Source of the DNA: Octopus vulgaris
Lineage: Eukaryota
Assembly: GCA_951406725.2 (NCBI GenBank)
Contig: OX597821.1
Span: 116,312,001-116,376,000 of the forward strand
DNA length: 64,000 nt
Direction: 5' to 3'
The notes beneath the pieces were generated by a model. That model made no database searches, was not told where the DNA came from, and saw nothing but the letters and a program-made list of their open reading frames with translations. Each line of letters starts with the position of its first letter. Position 1 is the stretch's first letter. Below, one piece after another: positions 1-11,500 of this stretch. Made by a program: the position numbers and the translations under genes.

Positions 1-412
1 ATAGTTCGAAAATATTATCGGTTTATCAGGAGTTTTCTCCCTTATATTACTTGTTATTTAATGCTTGTGGAACGTGTATGTGAAGCCCTGTCACAATCGA
101 TATTAATCCTACCGTCTCAGGATATTTTAATTAACATAATCATTTAGCCTTCTTAAACAATTTATTTATGTGTTATGGAAAGTGTTTTAAATATCTTAAA
201 TAGTCAAAGGTCGACTGAAAGTTTCATCTTTTGTCTCCTTGATGTTCTGAAAACTGGTCTTGAGTATGTGTTGTATGAATCCTTAAAGTTCGCCAAAGAA
301 ATAAATTTTTGCTCTATTATATAGGAAATACATATGAGGCCTAACGAATAATTCCTAAATTCTAGTGAATAGTGAGATTACTCTATATGAATTTTACTTA
401 AATATGTATATA

Positions 413-1228
413 TCTTTATTCAGTTTATTTCAGGGTTTCTTGCCAATAGAGAAAGAACCGGTTTCTAACCTAGATCCAAGGCTCCTTCACTGGAATTTCA
501 ATATCAACAACAGGGTATTTTTTTTGTATGTATGTATGTATGTATGCATGTATGTGTGTATGTATGTATCTATGTATGTATGTATGTATGTATGTGTGTG
601 TGTATGAATGTATGTATGTATGCATGCATGTATGCATGCATGTATGTATGTATGTATGTATGTGTGTGTGTGTGTGTGTGTGTGTTTGTGTGTATGTATG
701 TATGTATGTATGTATGCATGTATGTGTGTATGTATGTATGTATGTATGTATGTGTGTATGTATGTACAAATTTGTATGTTTTATGTATGCATTCTCATGC
801 TTATAGTTGCATATCTATTTAAATGATAAACTCCTGGGAAGTTTTACAAATGTTTACTGTTCCAGTAATGGATTGGATCTGTAGTCTTCGAATTAGTTTT
901 CTCCTTTCTGGTTCTGAGAAGCCTAATTTCTCAAGATTGGTATTTAGGCATTGTGTTACCTATCCCAGTGCCCCAATAATTACAGGTATAAAGCTGAACT
1001 TGTAATCTGCATAGAGTAACTTTTGTGCATCAGGTACTTGGTTGATATTACCTGTTCCTAGATTGCAAACACATACCCTTCAAAGTGGGAGGTAGTAATC
1101 CAGCTACTTTGAAGATCGATGTTACTATCATCACGCAGCTTTCTACTAACATATCCATGCATAGTCTTCTGCTCATATAGGCTCATCCTTTCATCTGATA
1201 CACTGTGGCAGAGTCGTGCGGCTTCTTT
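413..1228 (-). mobile_element. 3' fragment of an R4/Dong-like RLE non-LTR retrotransposon, internally deleted, with 3' UTR
   Basis: Minus-strand 1228-1021 translates to ...QKTMHGYVSRKL...SWITTSHFEGYVFAI*EQVISTKYL. Minus-strand 1019-819 translates to YKFSFIPVIIGALG*VTQCL...LQIQSITGTVNICK. These match the R4/Dong motifs K.MHG, EG...AIQ.Q.I.T and PV(V/I)IGALG. Stops and a frameshift are present. Confidence 0.75.
527..765. repeat. (TATG)n/(TG)n compound microsatellite
   Basis: Direct reading; it produces the spurious MYVC/HTYI ORFs. Confidence 0.95.
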
Positions 1229-1274
1229 ATGTATGTATGTGTGTGTGTGTGTATGTGTATGTATATATATTTAT

Positions 1275-1418
1275 ATAAAGATTGATAAGGCTGGTCTATG
1301 GAATTACCCTGGGTTTCACGTCCATAAAGCACTTAAGTTTACAGCATATCAAACCCTAAACCTGTTCAGTAACCAGCCTAGGGTAATCCCAGAGACTAGC
1401 TTAATCTATCTTTATCTA
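1275..1418. mobile_element. Small foldback/MITE-like element
   Basis: Imperfect ~39-bp terminal inverted repeats: ATAAAGATTGATAAGGCTGGTCTATGGAATTACCCTGGG versus the reverse complement ATAAAGATAGATTAAGCTAGTCTCTGGGATTACCCTAGG. Flanked by TA repeats. Confidence 0.6.
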
Positions 1419-1510
1419 TATCTATATGCTATACTGCTCTATAACTTAGAGTGTGCTTCTGTTTTGGATCTATGATTTACCGACGATATGTGTGTGTGTG
1501 TGTGTGTGTA

Positions 1511-2422
1511 TACAAGGGGGTAACCAAAAGAAACCAGAATTTTGCAATATTATTTTATCCACTTAGTTTTATGTGTTTACACTTTTATTGCCTTCAAGGT
1601 ATTCTCCATTTGAAGCAATGCATTGGTCCAGATGCATTTTTCTCTGTTTGAAGCAGTCCTGGAACTCTTGCAAAGTGAAGCCTTTTAACACCTCTGTCAT
1701 GTTTTTCTTCACTTCTTCTACATCTGAAAATTGCGTAGTACCAGTTTTCGTTACCAGTGATAACTTTTGAAAAGCAGTCTGGATCAACTCTTCCAACTGT
1801 TTTTTCAGTTCACAACATGTGTTCTTTTGATCTTGCATGACTTCTTTTGATCTTCCATAAGCAAGCGAAGCACAAATTTTGCTGTAACTCTTTTCATTTG
1901 CAATTTCTCACTCAAGATTTGCTGGCAGGAACCCCTGGATACACTTGTCATGTCAACAAGTTCATCAATTGTTTGGTGATGGTCATCCAAGATCACTTCA
2001 TGAATTTTCAAGACGCTTCCATTCGTTCAAGAGGTCGACGATCGCCCTGCATGAGGTTTGTCTTCAAGCGACAAGTGACCATTCCTAAAGCATGAAAACC
2101 ACTCGTACACTTGTATTTTGCTCATGGTAGCATCCTTGCATGCTGTTTGAAGCATGACAACTGTTTCAGCTGCTGTTTTCCCTGGCAGAAAACAGAATTC
2201 CAATGAAGCATGCAGTTCCTTTGTTTCAGCCATTGCAAAAATTGACAGAGTAAAAGCATTGCAAGTTAAAGACACACCACGTGGCAGTATGACACCATTC
2301 GATGTCGTCAGTTGGCAGACAGATACCTGAGGGTCACATCAAGTGACTTCTTGTGGCAGAAGCCTGAACTACAATGGGCTTGCCACAGAGAACACTTCTG
2401 GTTACTTTCGGGTACCACATAT
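1511..2422 (-). mobile_element. Mariner (Tc1/mariner) transposon, decayed and internally deleted
   Basis: ORFs 2027-2275, 1805-2011 and 1569-1838 give the HTH region (GKTAAET...VYEWF...F..G..SLED..HAGR), the KFV.RLL linker and the C-terminal F.DVEEVK...CIASNGEYLEG. A shifted frame reads KVITGNENW (decayed ITGDETW). Degenerate TIRs at 1511-1540 and about 2394-2422 are flanked by TA. Confidence 0.9.
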
Positions 2423-2934
2423 ATATAGGTTTCAGCTGGAAAGAGGCTGTTCTTTCAACAGGGATGTATTTCATCCAAGTGTACATTTGTTTAGCTCCAC
2501 ATTGATTAATTTTCCTAGAATTTGTTAATTTTTGTTAATAATGGTATTTATTGATAGTTCTTTTGGGACATCAGTGCCTAGCACTTTTGAAGTTCCAGTT
2601 ATCATTATAGATGTTTTCATCTATCCGACATAGGAGAACAGAATTTTTATAATATATATAATAATTTATTAATTGTCTCTCTATTTTCTTATCTTATTTA
2701 AATAAGTAAATGTATATAAACCACAGTTTATATAGTTACCTTACAGTTGAATATTAATTGTAGTGTTCAACATTCTTTGTATAGGTAACTAACCAGTACT
2801 TCTACTGAATTTTACTATCCCTTAATGAGGTTTGTAACCTTTATTTGAACTTATATGTATATATCATCATCATCATCATCAGCATCGTTTAACATCTGTT
2901 TTCCACACACACACACACATACATATATACATAC

Positions 2935-2988
<54 letters not shown>

Positions 2989-2990
<2 letters not shown>

Positions 2991-3138
2991 GATGGGCTTC
3001 CATGCAGTTTTTGTCTACTAAATTTACTCACAAGGCATTAGTCAACCTTGGGCTATAGTTAGAGACACTTGAGCCATGCAGTGGGACTGAACATGAAATC
3101 ACTTGGTTGCAAAGTGAGCTTCTTAACCACACAGCAGT
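2989..3138 (-). mobile_element. Family-A tRNA-derived SINE, head fragment
   Basis: Similar to the full copy at 20515-20944 (GCAGTGGGACTGAAC...TTAACCACACAGC). Confidence 0.75.
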
Positions 3139-3524
3139 AACTTTTTCCCCTAACCAAAACAATTCGTTAAAATAAATAAACACGAAGGAGGTTCACTACC
3201 TTCCAGAATGGTGTGACTATATATAATTATTGGGGACCTCCAAGGGTACCACAATAATTTGTTCTATCACTCATGCTGTCTGTCCTTGCAATGCACACAC
3301 ATCCTTACACTTCACACACACTGTATGAGAAACAACACTCTTTACTGGTGACAGTCTAATCATACCTTTTCACATCACAACAGACAAAATTACCCAACAA
3401 TTCTAGGCATACACATGCATGAATACTAGCTCCACAGGAACATATTCAAAGTTTTATGAAGCAAGCTAATCACTATGAATGCACAAGCAACAGACAAGAA
3501 TGTCATTTTATATTTTACAAGTTA

Positions 3525-3919
3525 CTAGCAATATTGCCTGGCGTTGCTTGGGTTTGTTTCGACTCTTTAGAATTGCAATTTTTGAAAAGTAAAAATTTTG
3601 CATTATATAGCTTGTTATTCTCTTTAAGTGGACATTTTTCTGGTTGAAATGCACCGTAAAATGGCAACACAGCATTCAAAAAATCGTGATAAATAGGGAT
3701 TTTCATAGAAAAAAAGCACCTTTTTGATATAAATAATTTTTGGTGCTAACATGGTCCGATTTGAATTTTTTCTTCTACGGAAGGAAGAGCAAGCCTTCTT
3801 CTATCATACTTTTCAATTTTGGTCAACTTGTGCCACAGGGTCTCGGAGGAGATAGTGTTAGTTGAAGGCTACCAAACCTGCCATACACAGACAATTTCAG
3901 CTTTATATATAGAGAGAGA
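3525..3919 (-). mobile_element. Non-autonomous Helitron (Lep1-like architecture)
   Basis: The minus strand begins TC(TC)nTATATATAAAGCTG. It ends with a GC-rich subterminal hairpin remnant CCCAAGCAACGCCAGG followed by CTAG. It is inserted between A and T with no TSD. Confidence 0.7.
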
Positions 3920-3929
3920 TTTAATGATA

Positions 3930-4157
3930 TCTTTTAATTGTTTTAACCATTGGACTGTGGCCATGATGGAGTAGTGCTTAGAAGGATTTAGTCAAATAAA
4001 CAAATCAACACCATTACTTATATATTTTTCAAAGTCTGGTACTTATTCTATTGATTTCTTTTGCTGACCCACTAAGTTACAGGAATGTAAACGAACTAAT
4101 ATCAATTGTTAAGCAGTGGGGGAAAAGATTCTCCCTTCCCCCACATGCCTTCATGTA

Positions 4158-4203
<46 letters not shown>

Positions 4204-4230
4204 TGGCTTCCTCACAGTTTCTATCATATA
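3930..4230 (-). mobile_element. Family-A SINE, 3' part
   Basis: Contains GACTGTGGCCATG...GGTACTTATTCTATTG...CTAAGTTAC, shared with the other family-A copies. Confidence 0.7.
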
Positions 4231-4784
4231 AAACTAATTAATGCATTTAATTTTGCCCTCTTTAAATTTTGGCTGTTGCTAGGAATCTTTGATGATTTGA
4301 TAATGTGATTTTTAGAATTCTTGTAAATAATATTGTTTTATATAGTGAACTGACCCTTGTCCATTTGGGTTAAAATTGTCATTTAGGTCTTTACTTTCAA
4401 TATGATATCAAAAGTCAACTTTTGCATCAATTTAAAATGACTAGTTGCTGGGCATTATTTTAAACTTATTAGTTTTTCTCATCTTCATTTTTCATTTTTC
4501 ATTTTTTTTCAAGGCCCAAAAATAAATGTGTTATTGTAGTAGTGAGAGCTCTAAAATACTTAGAGTATTGAACCAAAAATTTAATTAATTAAAATTAATC
4601 TTGCAATAAGGAAAAGGGTAACATTGGCTCACAGATTAATGTTAATCAAATCTGCTTAAAGTAAAGGGGTACCTCTGAAATTTTTAATTACATTTAATGA
4701 ATAGATGCAAACATTAGTTCATGAACTAAAATGAATTTAATCTGATTTTTTGGTGTGTTTAGTCAACTAGCTCCTTCAGCTGGC

Positions 4785-4975
4785 ATTTCATTGATGTGAA
4801 TGGTGATGAAAGGACTTTGAAAAAAACCAAGCTGATTGACTGATTCACCAAACAATTAATCAAACAATCAATGAGTTAATTGGTCAACTGATTAACCAGT
4901 TGACTAATAATAATAAAAGAAATTAAATTGAACACGTGCATGTGTTTGTTATTGGCATAATGATCTTTCCAAAGT
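4785..4975. repeat. Unclassified dispersed repeat (inverted partner at about 28435-28630)
   Basis: GTGTTTGTTATTGGCATAATGATC and TTAATTGGTCAACTGATTAAC match the reverse complement of 28447-28525. Confidence 0.6.
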
Positions 4976-4989
4976 ATAATATAATATGT

Positions 4990-5217
4990 TTAACTCTTTA
5001 CCATTTAAACCAGTCATATTCAGTTGAAATATTCCACCTGTTTTATGTTCGAACTGGCCTGATCTGGTTTCTCACACCAACCCTACAATATCGTTCTAAA
5101 AATTAGCAGTTACCTCATCAAAATCTCAAAGCTACATGATAACACATGATTAATTCAAAACAATGTGAATAAATAAGCATTACTTTTGGTAGCAAAATTG
5201 GGATGCCAAAGGATTAA
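4990..5217. mobile_element. piggyBac-like MITE (decayed copy)
   Basis: TTAA-flanked; internal sequence shared with 8853-9069 and 51295-51584. Confidence 0.7.
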
Positions 5218-5446
5218 GCAGGCAAGATCACATAAAATGTCTTGCACGCCAAATACAAATCCAAAACATTTTCCATAAGAGTTTCTATCATATCATAGCA
5301 CAAGTACACTTTACACAATTAAATATGAACCTAACTTTAAATTTCATTCAAATGGCCTCTTCATGAAATATTAGATTTTATTGCGTGCCAGCATATATTT
5401 ATTTTTATTTCCAGTCCAGGCCATAATTTGCCTCCCTATTCTAGTC

Positions 5447-5945
5447 ATCATCATCATCATCATCGTTTAACATTTGTTTTCCATGTTGTCATGGGTTGTT
5501 CAGTTTGACTGAGGTCTGGAGAACCAGCAGCAGCAGCACCAGGCTCCAATCTGATCTGGCAATGTTTCTACAGCTGGATGCCCTTCCTAATGCCAACCAC
5601 TCTGAGGGTGTAGTGGGTGCTTTTTCTGTCCCACTGGCACAGGAGCCAGTCATGCAGGCCTGGCATTGATCACATTCAGATAATGCTTTTTACATGCCAC
5701 CAGCACAGGAGCCAGTCAGGCAGACCTGGCATTGATCACGTTCGGATAGTGCTTTTTAGGTACCACTGGCACAGGAACCAGTCAGGGGATACTGGCATTG
5801 GCCACGTTCAGATGGTGCTTTTTATGTGCTACCAGCGTGGGAGCCGCTCAATCAGTTCTGGCATCAATCATGTTCATATTGTGCTTTTTACGTACCACCA
5901 GCACAGAAGCCAGTCAGGGGTTTTTGGCGTCAGTCAGTCAGGGCG
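5447..5945 (-). mobile_element. RTE-LINE 3' end (family R) with ~60-bp tandem subrepeats
   Basis: Has a (CAT)n tail, the TTTCCATG..G.CATGGGTTG stem and GCTGGATGCCCTTCCTAATGCCAACCAC. These are followed by 5-6 units of GTGCTTTTT...CCAC.GGCACAGGAGCCAGTCAGG. Confidence 0.8.
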
Positions 5946-6129
5946 TATCCTAATTTATCATTAATTATGTTTACTATATTGCTTGGTTTCAAAATCTAGA
6001 ATAAAAATAAGAAAAAAGAATAAGGATAAAGAAACAAAAAGTACTGTATTGTTCAGTGGAGTGACTCATTAAGATTGTTGTAAATAACCCTAACTGCACA
6101 AATTTCTAAAAAACCTTTCTCAAGCCCTA

Positions 6130-6392
6130 GGAATCACAAGGCCTGTTACCTGGTTTCTATGGTGTATAAGCGGCCAAGATTACAACACTCTTTCTGGACA
6201 AGATACTAGTCCACTGCAGGGTTCTAGGCCAGCCATTTTGAGGGGAGGTGACAAGTTGATTACATCATCCCCAGTTCTTGCTTGGTACTTCATTTTCTCA
6301 ATCCGAAAAAGATGAAAGGCAAAATTGAACTGAGTGAGATTTGAACTAAGTATTTTGTTGAACCTGCTAACGAATCTGCTAGCTTGCCACCT
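6130..6392 (-). mobile_element. Family-B SINE, decayed variant
   Basis: GGTACTT...GATGAAAGGCAAA...ATTTGAACT core shared with 17592-17825. Confidence 0.6.
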
Positions 6393-7096
6393 ACACGAAT
6401 TCATCATCATCACCCATCATTTTGAATCTAGGCTTTGTCCTTGTTATCGGGGGTGGCTGGATCTACCTCAATGCCATAGCAACCTCCCTCACATCATCTT
6501 GCCATCTTGTTCGGTTTTGGGTATCCTCTCTTCTCAAGCCAACCCTTCCAATCTCCTCCTCCACAAATTATTTTATAAATACTTTCAATAATGAAATCCT
6601 AAATATTTTTCTCTTTCAAAATGTTAGTTTCAGTGATTTAGTCTTTATTATATTTCTATTATACCATTTCATGTTCTTGTGGAATAAACAGAAAATTTTC
6701 TTGCAAATTTGAATTTAGTCTTTTGTTTCAATTTGGCAAAAAATACCAACTAAAACCACATGTCAAAATTAAATCAAATTTTAGCAACTGAAAATATCAA
6801 ATTCTGAAAATAAAAAATTGCTCATATATTAAAATGAGATTGGAAAAAAAAAAGAAAAAAACATGTCAATTTAGTTTGGCACCTTGGAATTTCAACTGTT
6901 GTGAAATTATTGCTTCAAAGGCAGCAGACACAAAACATATTGAAATTTATTTTCAATGTTTTGAACGATATATATTCTTTTATTCTTTTATACATTTCAG
7001 CCATGGGCTGTGATCATGCTGGAGCATCAATATATATATACTCTCAAAGACCACACAGCTAACTTCAAAGTCTTTATGCAATGTATAAGTTGTCAC

Positions 7097-7241
7097 CACT
7101 GCTGCTGCTGTTGCTGTTGCTGTGGTTGTTGTTGTTGTTGTTCCCCTTCCCCTTCTTCTTCTTCTTCTTCTTCTTCTTCTTCTTCTTCTTCTTCTTCTTC
7201 TTCTTCTTCTTCTTCTTCTTCTCCTCCTCCTCCCCCTCCTT
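7097..7241. repeat. (TGC)/(TGT)/(CTT)n trinucleotide microsatellite
   Basis: Direct reading; source of the poly-E/S/L/F ORFs. Confidence 0.95.
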
Positions 7242-7242
7242 C

Positions 7243-7470
7243 AAAGTGGTAAGCTGGCAGAATTTTTAGCACTTTGGGCGAAATATTTAGTGGTATTTCA
7301 CCCATTGCTACAATCTGAGTTCAAATTCCGCCTAGGTCAACTTTACCTTTCGTCCTTTCGAGGTTCATAAATCAAGTACCAGTGACATACTAGGGTTGAT
7401 GTAATCAACTAGCCTCTTCTGCCAAAATTTCAGGCCTTGTGCCTATAGTAGAAAGGATTATTATTATTAT
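7243..7470 (+). mobile_element. Family-B tRNA-derived SINE with (ATT)n tail
   Basis: AGCTGGCAGAA head, B-box-like GAGTTCAAATTCC, GGTCAACTTTACCTTTC core and ATT tail. Confidence 0.8.
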
Positions 7471-7499
7471 TAAACTCATGTTTAATAATCTGACAGACA

Positions 7500-7737
7500 T
7501 ACACTATATTTAGTTTCACCATGAGTGTACTAAGAGTTCATGAGCAATTACTACTCCAGTATCTTCCATGTCTTGACCATAGTTTTGGAAGGATGTTCAT
7601 AGTTCATCATCCCAAGAGTCAGTTCCTAGATGATGACTTGTCTGCAGGCATATAATAATAAGACGAGTGATATTCCATTGCATTACTTCAGGGTTGCACA
7701 GCATTTAAGTAGCTGTATAAAATTATATTTTAACATG
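7500..7737 (-). mobile_element. Highly decayed RTE-like LINE C-terminal fragment
   Basis: Homologous to 9580-9830; minus-strand remnants resemble the LLW.P..G...T...L..D motif of the RTE-like ORF at 31146. Confidence 0.45.
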
Positions 7738-8852
7738 AATAACTTTAAATGTATTATGGATTTACAATGAAGGCCTGAGATAAATGAGCTCATCAAATAT
7801 GTACATATGCAAAAGAGATTAAAATAATTTTGTTAAATGGCTCTGAGGTAAAACTTCAAGACCAGATGGTTTTCTAGCTTCATTATTTAAGCATATAATA
7901 CCGATATTGCCTAACTATTGCAGCTTCTATATACTTAGAAAAATGGATAGATAATTTATCTGAAACATCTGTAATTTGGTTCAAGAGTTTTGTGGTCTTC
8001 AAGAATATATTTCTATGTTTAGAAGCATTGAAAATAAACTTTTATATATTCATCTTATTTCTGCTTTCTTTGATATTATAATTTTACAAAGACTGAAAGT
8101 GCCAAGTTAACTTGTCTCTTTCTTTTTCTACTTCAATAGAATCTTCTGGAAGTTTTCTTTTATTTTGATATTTTCTATTTCTAAAATTCAATTCAATTTT
8201 GATATATGTCTTGTGGATTTAGTTGGTACTTCTTTAAAAAAGTTAGAATCAAAAGAGCACATTCAAATTTACAAGAAATTTTTTTCAACAATAACATGAA
8301 ATGGAACAAGCATAGTACGATAAAACTGGAAAGCGAAATCACTCAAAGCAGCTATGTACTTAAGTTCTAAATGAAATAACATTGATTGCAATATAAATTT
8401 ATCATCGGAACTTATTTAATTATTTATGCCTGTGTGAATTTTTGTTTTTATTTAGTCAGTCTTGTGAAGTTCATTTTGCTCAAAAATGATTAAGTATTTA
8501 GCAATAAATTTTAACAACAAATTTTCTTGACTGGCTCAAGTTTAGTTTCTCTTGATTTTAAATTTGTTAGTGTTGTCAGCAAATAGATATGCGGAGAGCT
8601 TGAGAAATAGGTGACAAACATTGCCAGCCAATGACTCCCTTGGACTGAATTCACAGTGTTTAATCTATGCTAACCTTGGATTCTTAGATTTTGTTATATG
8701 TTGTTTCCACATTCAGTCGTGTATTCCCATATTCACCAGCTATGCAAATGGCACAATATTCTGTTGGGAAAGTCAGGCACTAAAGATACTTCCTTTCTTT
8801 ACAAGATCAGAATAATATCTACAAACTGGACAAAGAAAGTGACAGCATAAAT

Positions 8853-9069
8853 TTAACCCTTTAGTGTTCAGATTATTCTATCAAACATAATGCTTATTGA
8901 TTTGAATTAATCATGCATTATCTCATATCTTCAAGATCTTGATGGTGTAATTACTTAATGTAGAATAACATTGTAGGATAGGTGTGAGAGCCTGGATCTG
9001 GTCAGTTTGAGCATAAAACAGATTAAATATTTTGGCCGGATATGGCCGGTTTAAATACTAAAGGGTTAA
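8853..9069. mobile_element. piggyBac-like MITE
   Basis: TTAA|CCCTTTAGT ... ACTAAAGGG|TTAA gives TIRs plus a TTAA target duplication. Confidence 0.85.
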
Positions 9070-9136
9070 ATGTTAAGTATTTTGATAAAATCTCGGTTAT
9101 TTTTCAGGTCACAAAAATGATTCAGATATTTAGGGC

Positions 9137-9320
9137 CTCCTCTTCCTCCCCTCCTCCTCCTCCTCCTTCACCACCACTTCCTCCTCCTCCCCCTTTTCCC
9201 TCCTCCTCCTTCTTCTTTCTTCTTCTTCCTCCTCTCCTCCTCCTCCTTCCTCCTCCACTTCCACTTCCTCCTCCTCCTCTACTTCTTCCTCCTCCCCCTT
9301 CTTCTTCCTCTTCCTCCTCC
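9137..9320. repeat. (CCT/CTT)n low-complexity tract
   Basis: Direct reading; source of the poly-Pro ORF 9042-9389. Confidence 0.95.
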
Positions 9321-9579
9321 TTTAATGTCTGTTTTCCATGCTGGCATGGAACTGCAAATGGTCATATTCATGACACATCCTCAAAATGACCTGAAGCTGC
9401 TAGCAGCTGTTACAATAGATTTCTTGAACATTTACGAATAACAAGCTCGTGATTCAAAATTCTAATCTAAAACTAAATATATTCTCATTACTCCAAACTT
9501 TTAATGTATATTCCAACTTACAAAACTGAAAAGAACTAAAAATTCTTATTTAAATTATGTCATAAACTTGTGTTAGGTA

Positions 9580-9830
9580 TGACTATGGATGTACCATATC
9601 TCTTCATTCATCATGAGTCTGCCAAATCTATGTGTTAACTACTGCACCAACATCCTCCACCAGGGTCTTGGCCATGGTTTTGGATGGGTGCTCAGCTTCC
9701 CATTGGTCAGTTTCCAGATGATTACTTGATTGCAGGCTTGTAATTACAAGATGAGTGATACTCCAGTGAATTATATCAAGTGTGTATAACATTTAATTGA
9801 TTGTACAAAATGGTCATCTCTTAACATCCA
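9580..9830 (-). mobile_element. Highly decayed RTE-like LINE C-terminal fragment
   Basis: Minus strand gives ...FTG...QACNQVIIWKLTNGK...; related to 7500-7737. Confidence 0.5.
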
Positions 9831-10924
9831 AGATCTGTGTCTTTGTTCTTTAAAATATAAGGTTTATGTATGTTGGAGTTCTTTAAAAATTGCAGACCAT
9901 AATCAACATAGCTAATGATGAGTGCTGACTGGGAAATATTGTCAGCTTTAATATTTTCATCACCTCAGCTCAAAGTTCACTTGTAATAAATGACAAATGA
10001 TGCTTTCAGGAAAGTATGAGACATTTTGTCTCAGCTTTTTTGGTGCTGCCTATTTTGATGCAGACTTATTTGGCACTAGATGTTTAAATGTTTCTCTTGT
10101 TCTTTCCTTCCATCTCTCTCTCTCTCTCTCTCTTTCTTAGGAAAGTTAAAGTGTTTATGTCAACTGTATTCAATCAATACAGTGTAATGTCGCTCACTCT
10201 CCTTCTCTCTCTCTCTCACTCTTTCTAAGTATATGTTTATATTTCTGCACTCTGTGTGTGTGTGTGTGTGTGCTTTTGCCTCCAGCACTTAAACACACTG
10301 TTGTCGAAATAGGTTGAATGTCCAGTCAGCTGTGCCAAATCATTAGCATCCAGAGAACTGCACCCAATCAATTGTCTCGTTTCATTTCTAGAATCATCAG
10401 AAGTGTTTGTCTCACTCGAAAGATCAAACAGATGCTGAGGATTCTATTTAGGATGTGAGCAGAGAATCAAACCTACCATTTTCTAAAACTCTTTACTTCT
10501 GTTACAGTATCTAATTATATCCCTTCATAGGAACTGACACAAACGTATAACAAGAAATAAGCAAACATAATTATGACTATATATGGATATAGACTGGTCT
10601 TAAAGGAAATGTATTTCTTCATTATGAAAGTTATTCAAATCCTAAAAGAAAGATTTTCATAACTCGTGGAATCATTGTCAGCAGCAGTAGCAGCCGTTCA
10701 AGAATTTGGACCTGGAGATCTCCATTTCCAGCAACTTCGAGGGCCACCTCCCAGTGGTGTTGGGCGTCAACGAAGAGCCCTCGACTACAACAAGATGACC
10801 AAAGTTTTTTTTTTCCAAGGTCTGGGGTCTCCTGCCCCTAAGCCCTAGACCATCACCTAATCACCTTTACCCATCTTGTTGCTCAACAACAACAACAGCA
10901 GCAGCAGTGGTGGCATTGGCATCG

Positions 10925-11165
10925 TTGGCATTGTCCTTTGACATCTACTTTTCCATACCTGCATGGGCTGGACGGAATTTGTCCAGGCAGATTTTTCTGT
11001 GGTAGTGTGCCCTTCCTACTAACTGTCACTTTTTTCTAAGTAAGGTGTTATTTCTCCATCATCAGACATGTTTTTGTGGAAGACTGGAAACAAAGGACAC
11101 TTCTTGCATGATGATGACACTAGTTTATAACTATCATGAGACTGCAAGGCATGGGAACAGCAACA
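10925..11165 (-). mobile_element. Family-E retroposon (RTE-type tail); further copies at about 12400-12595, 14330-14560, 25020-25250(+), 38740-38970(+), 39680-39900 and 56060-56285
   Basis: Recurrent CTTTTCCAT.CTTGCATGGGT...AGGCAGATTTTCT...CCTGTTTCCAAGCAAGGTAATATTTCCCCATGGCCAGACATG block. Confidence 0.75.
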
Positions 11166-11169
11166 CATG

Positions 11170-11500
11170 CTGAAATATGACAAGACTCCTGGAGAGGAAG
11201 AAATTCAGTTTGAGATGTTGAAACCCTTAAATAGAGATAGTCTTCTCTTGCTGACTTGTGGATGTCACATAGCTTGAACCTCTGTAAAGATACCAAAGCA
11301 ATGGCATTCTGAAGTGGTCATCCCAATTTTTAAAAAGGGAGATGAGAGAGTGCTCTAAATTATAGGGGAATCTTTTTGTTGAATTTCTCCAGTAAAGTCT
11401 ACACCACGTATCTGGAAAAGAATTGTAAAGATACTGTTGAGCCCAAACTAGCTGAAGGATGGTGTGGCTTTCATGCTGGACACTACACTATCAACCAAAT
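11170..11500 (+). pseudogene. RTE-clade LINE reverse-transcriptase N-terminal fragment
   Basis: Translates KTPGEEEIQFEMLK...IPKQW..EVVIPIFKKGD..NYRGI.LL..S.KVY...CGFHAG..TINQI, with stops and a frameshift. Confidence 0.85.

Noticed and set aside
455-500. Hammerhead-like GUGAAGG-AGCCU/AGGUU-AGAAACCGGUUC on the minus strand of the R4 3' UTR
   Set aside because: The core deviates at two conserved positions and there is no convincing stem I.
365-826. Overlapping MYVC/HTYI ORFs, and similar poly-amino-acid ORFs throughout
   Set aside because: Translations of microsatellites.
5617-5945. ~60-bp periodic repeats as a CRISPR-like array
   Set aside because: Whole units are homologous with no unique spacers, the context is eukaryotic, and they are part of a retroposon 3' UTR.
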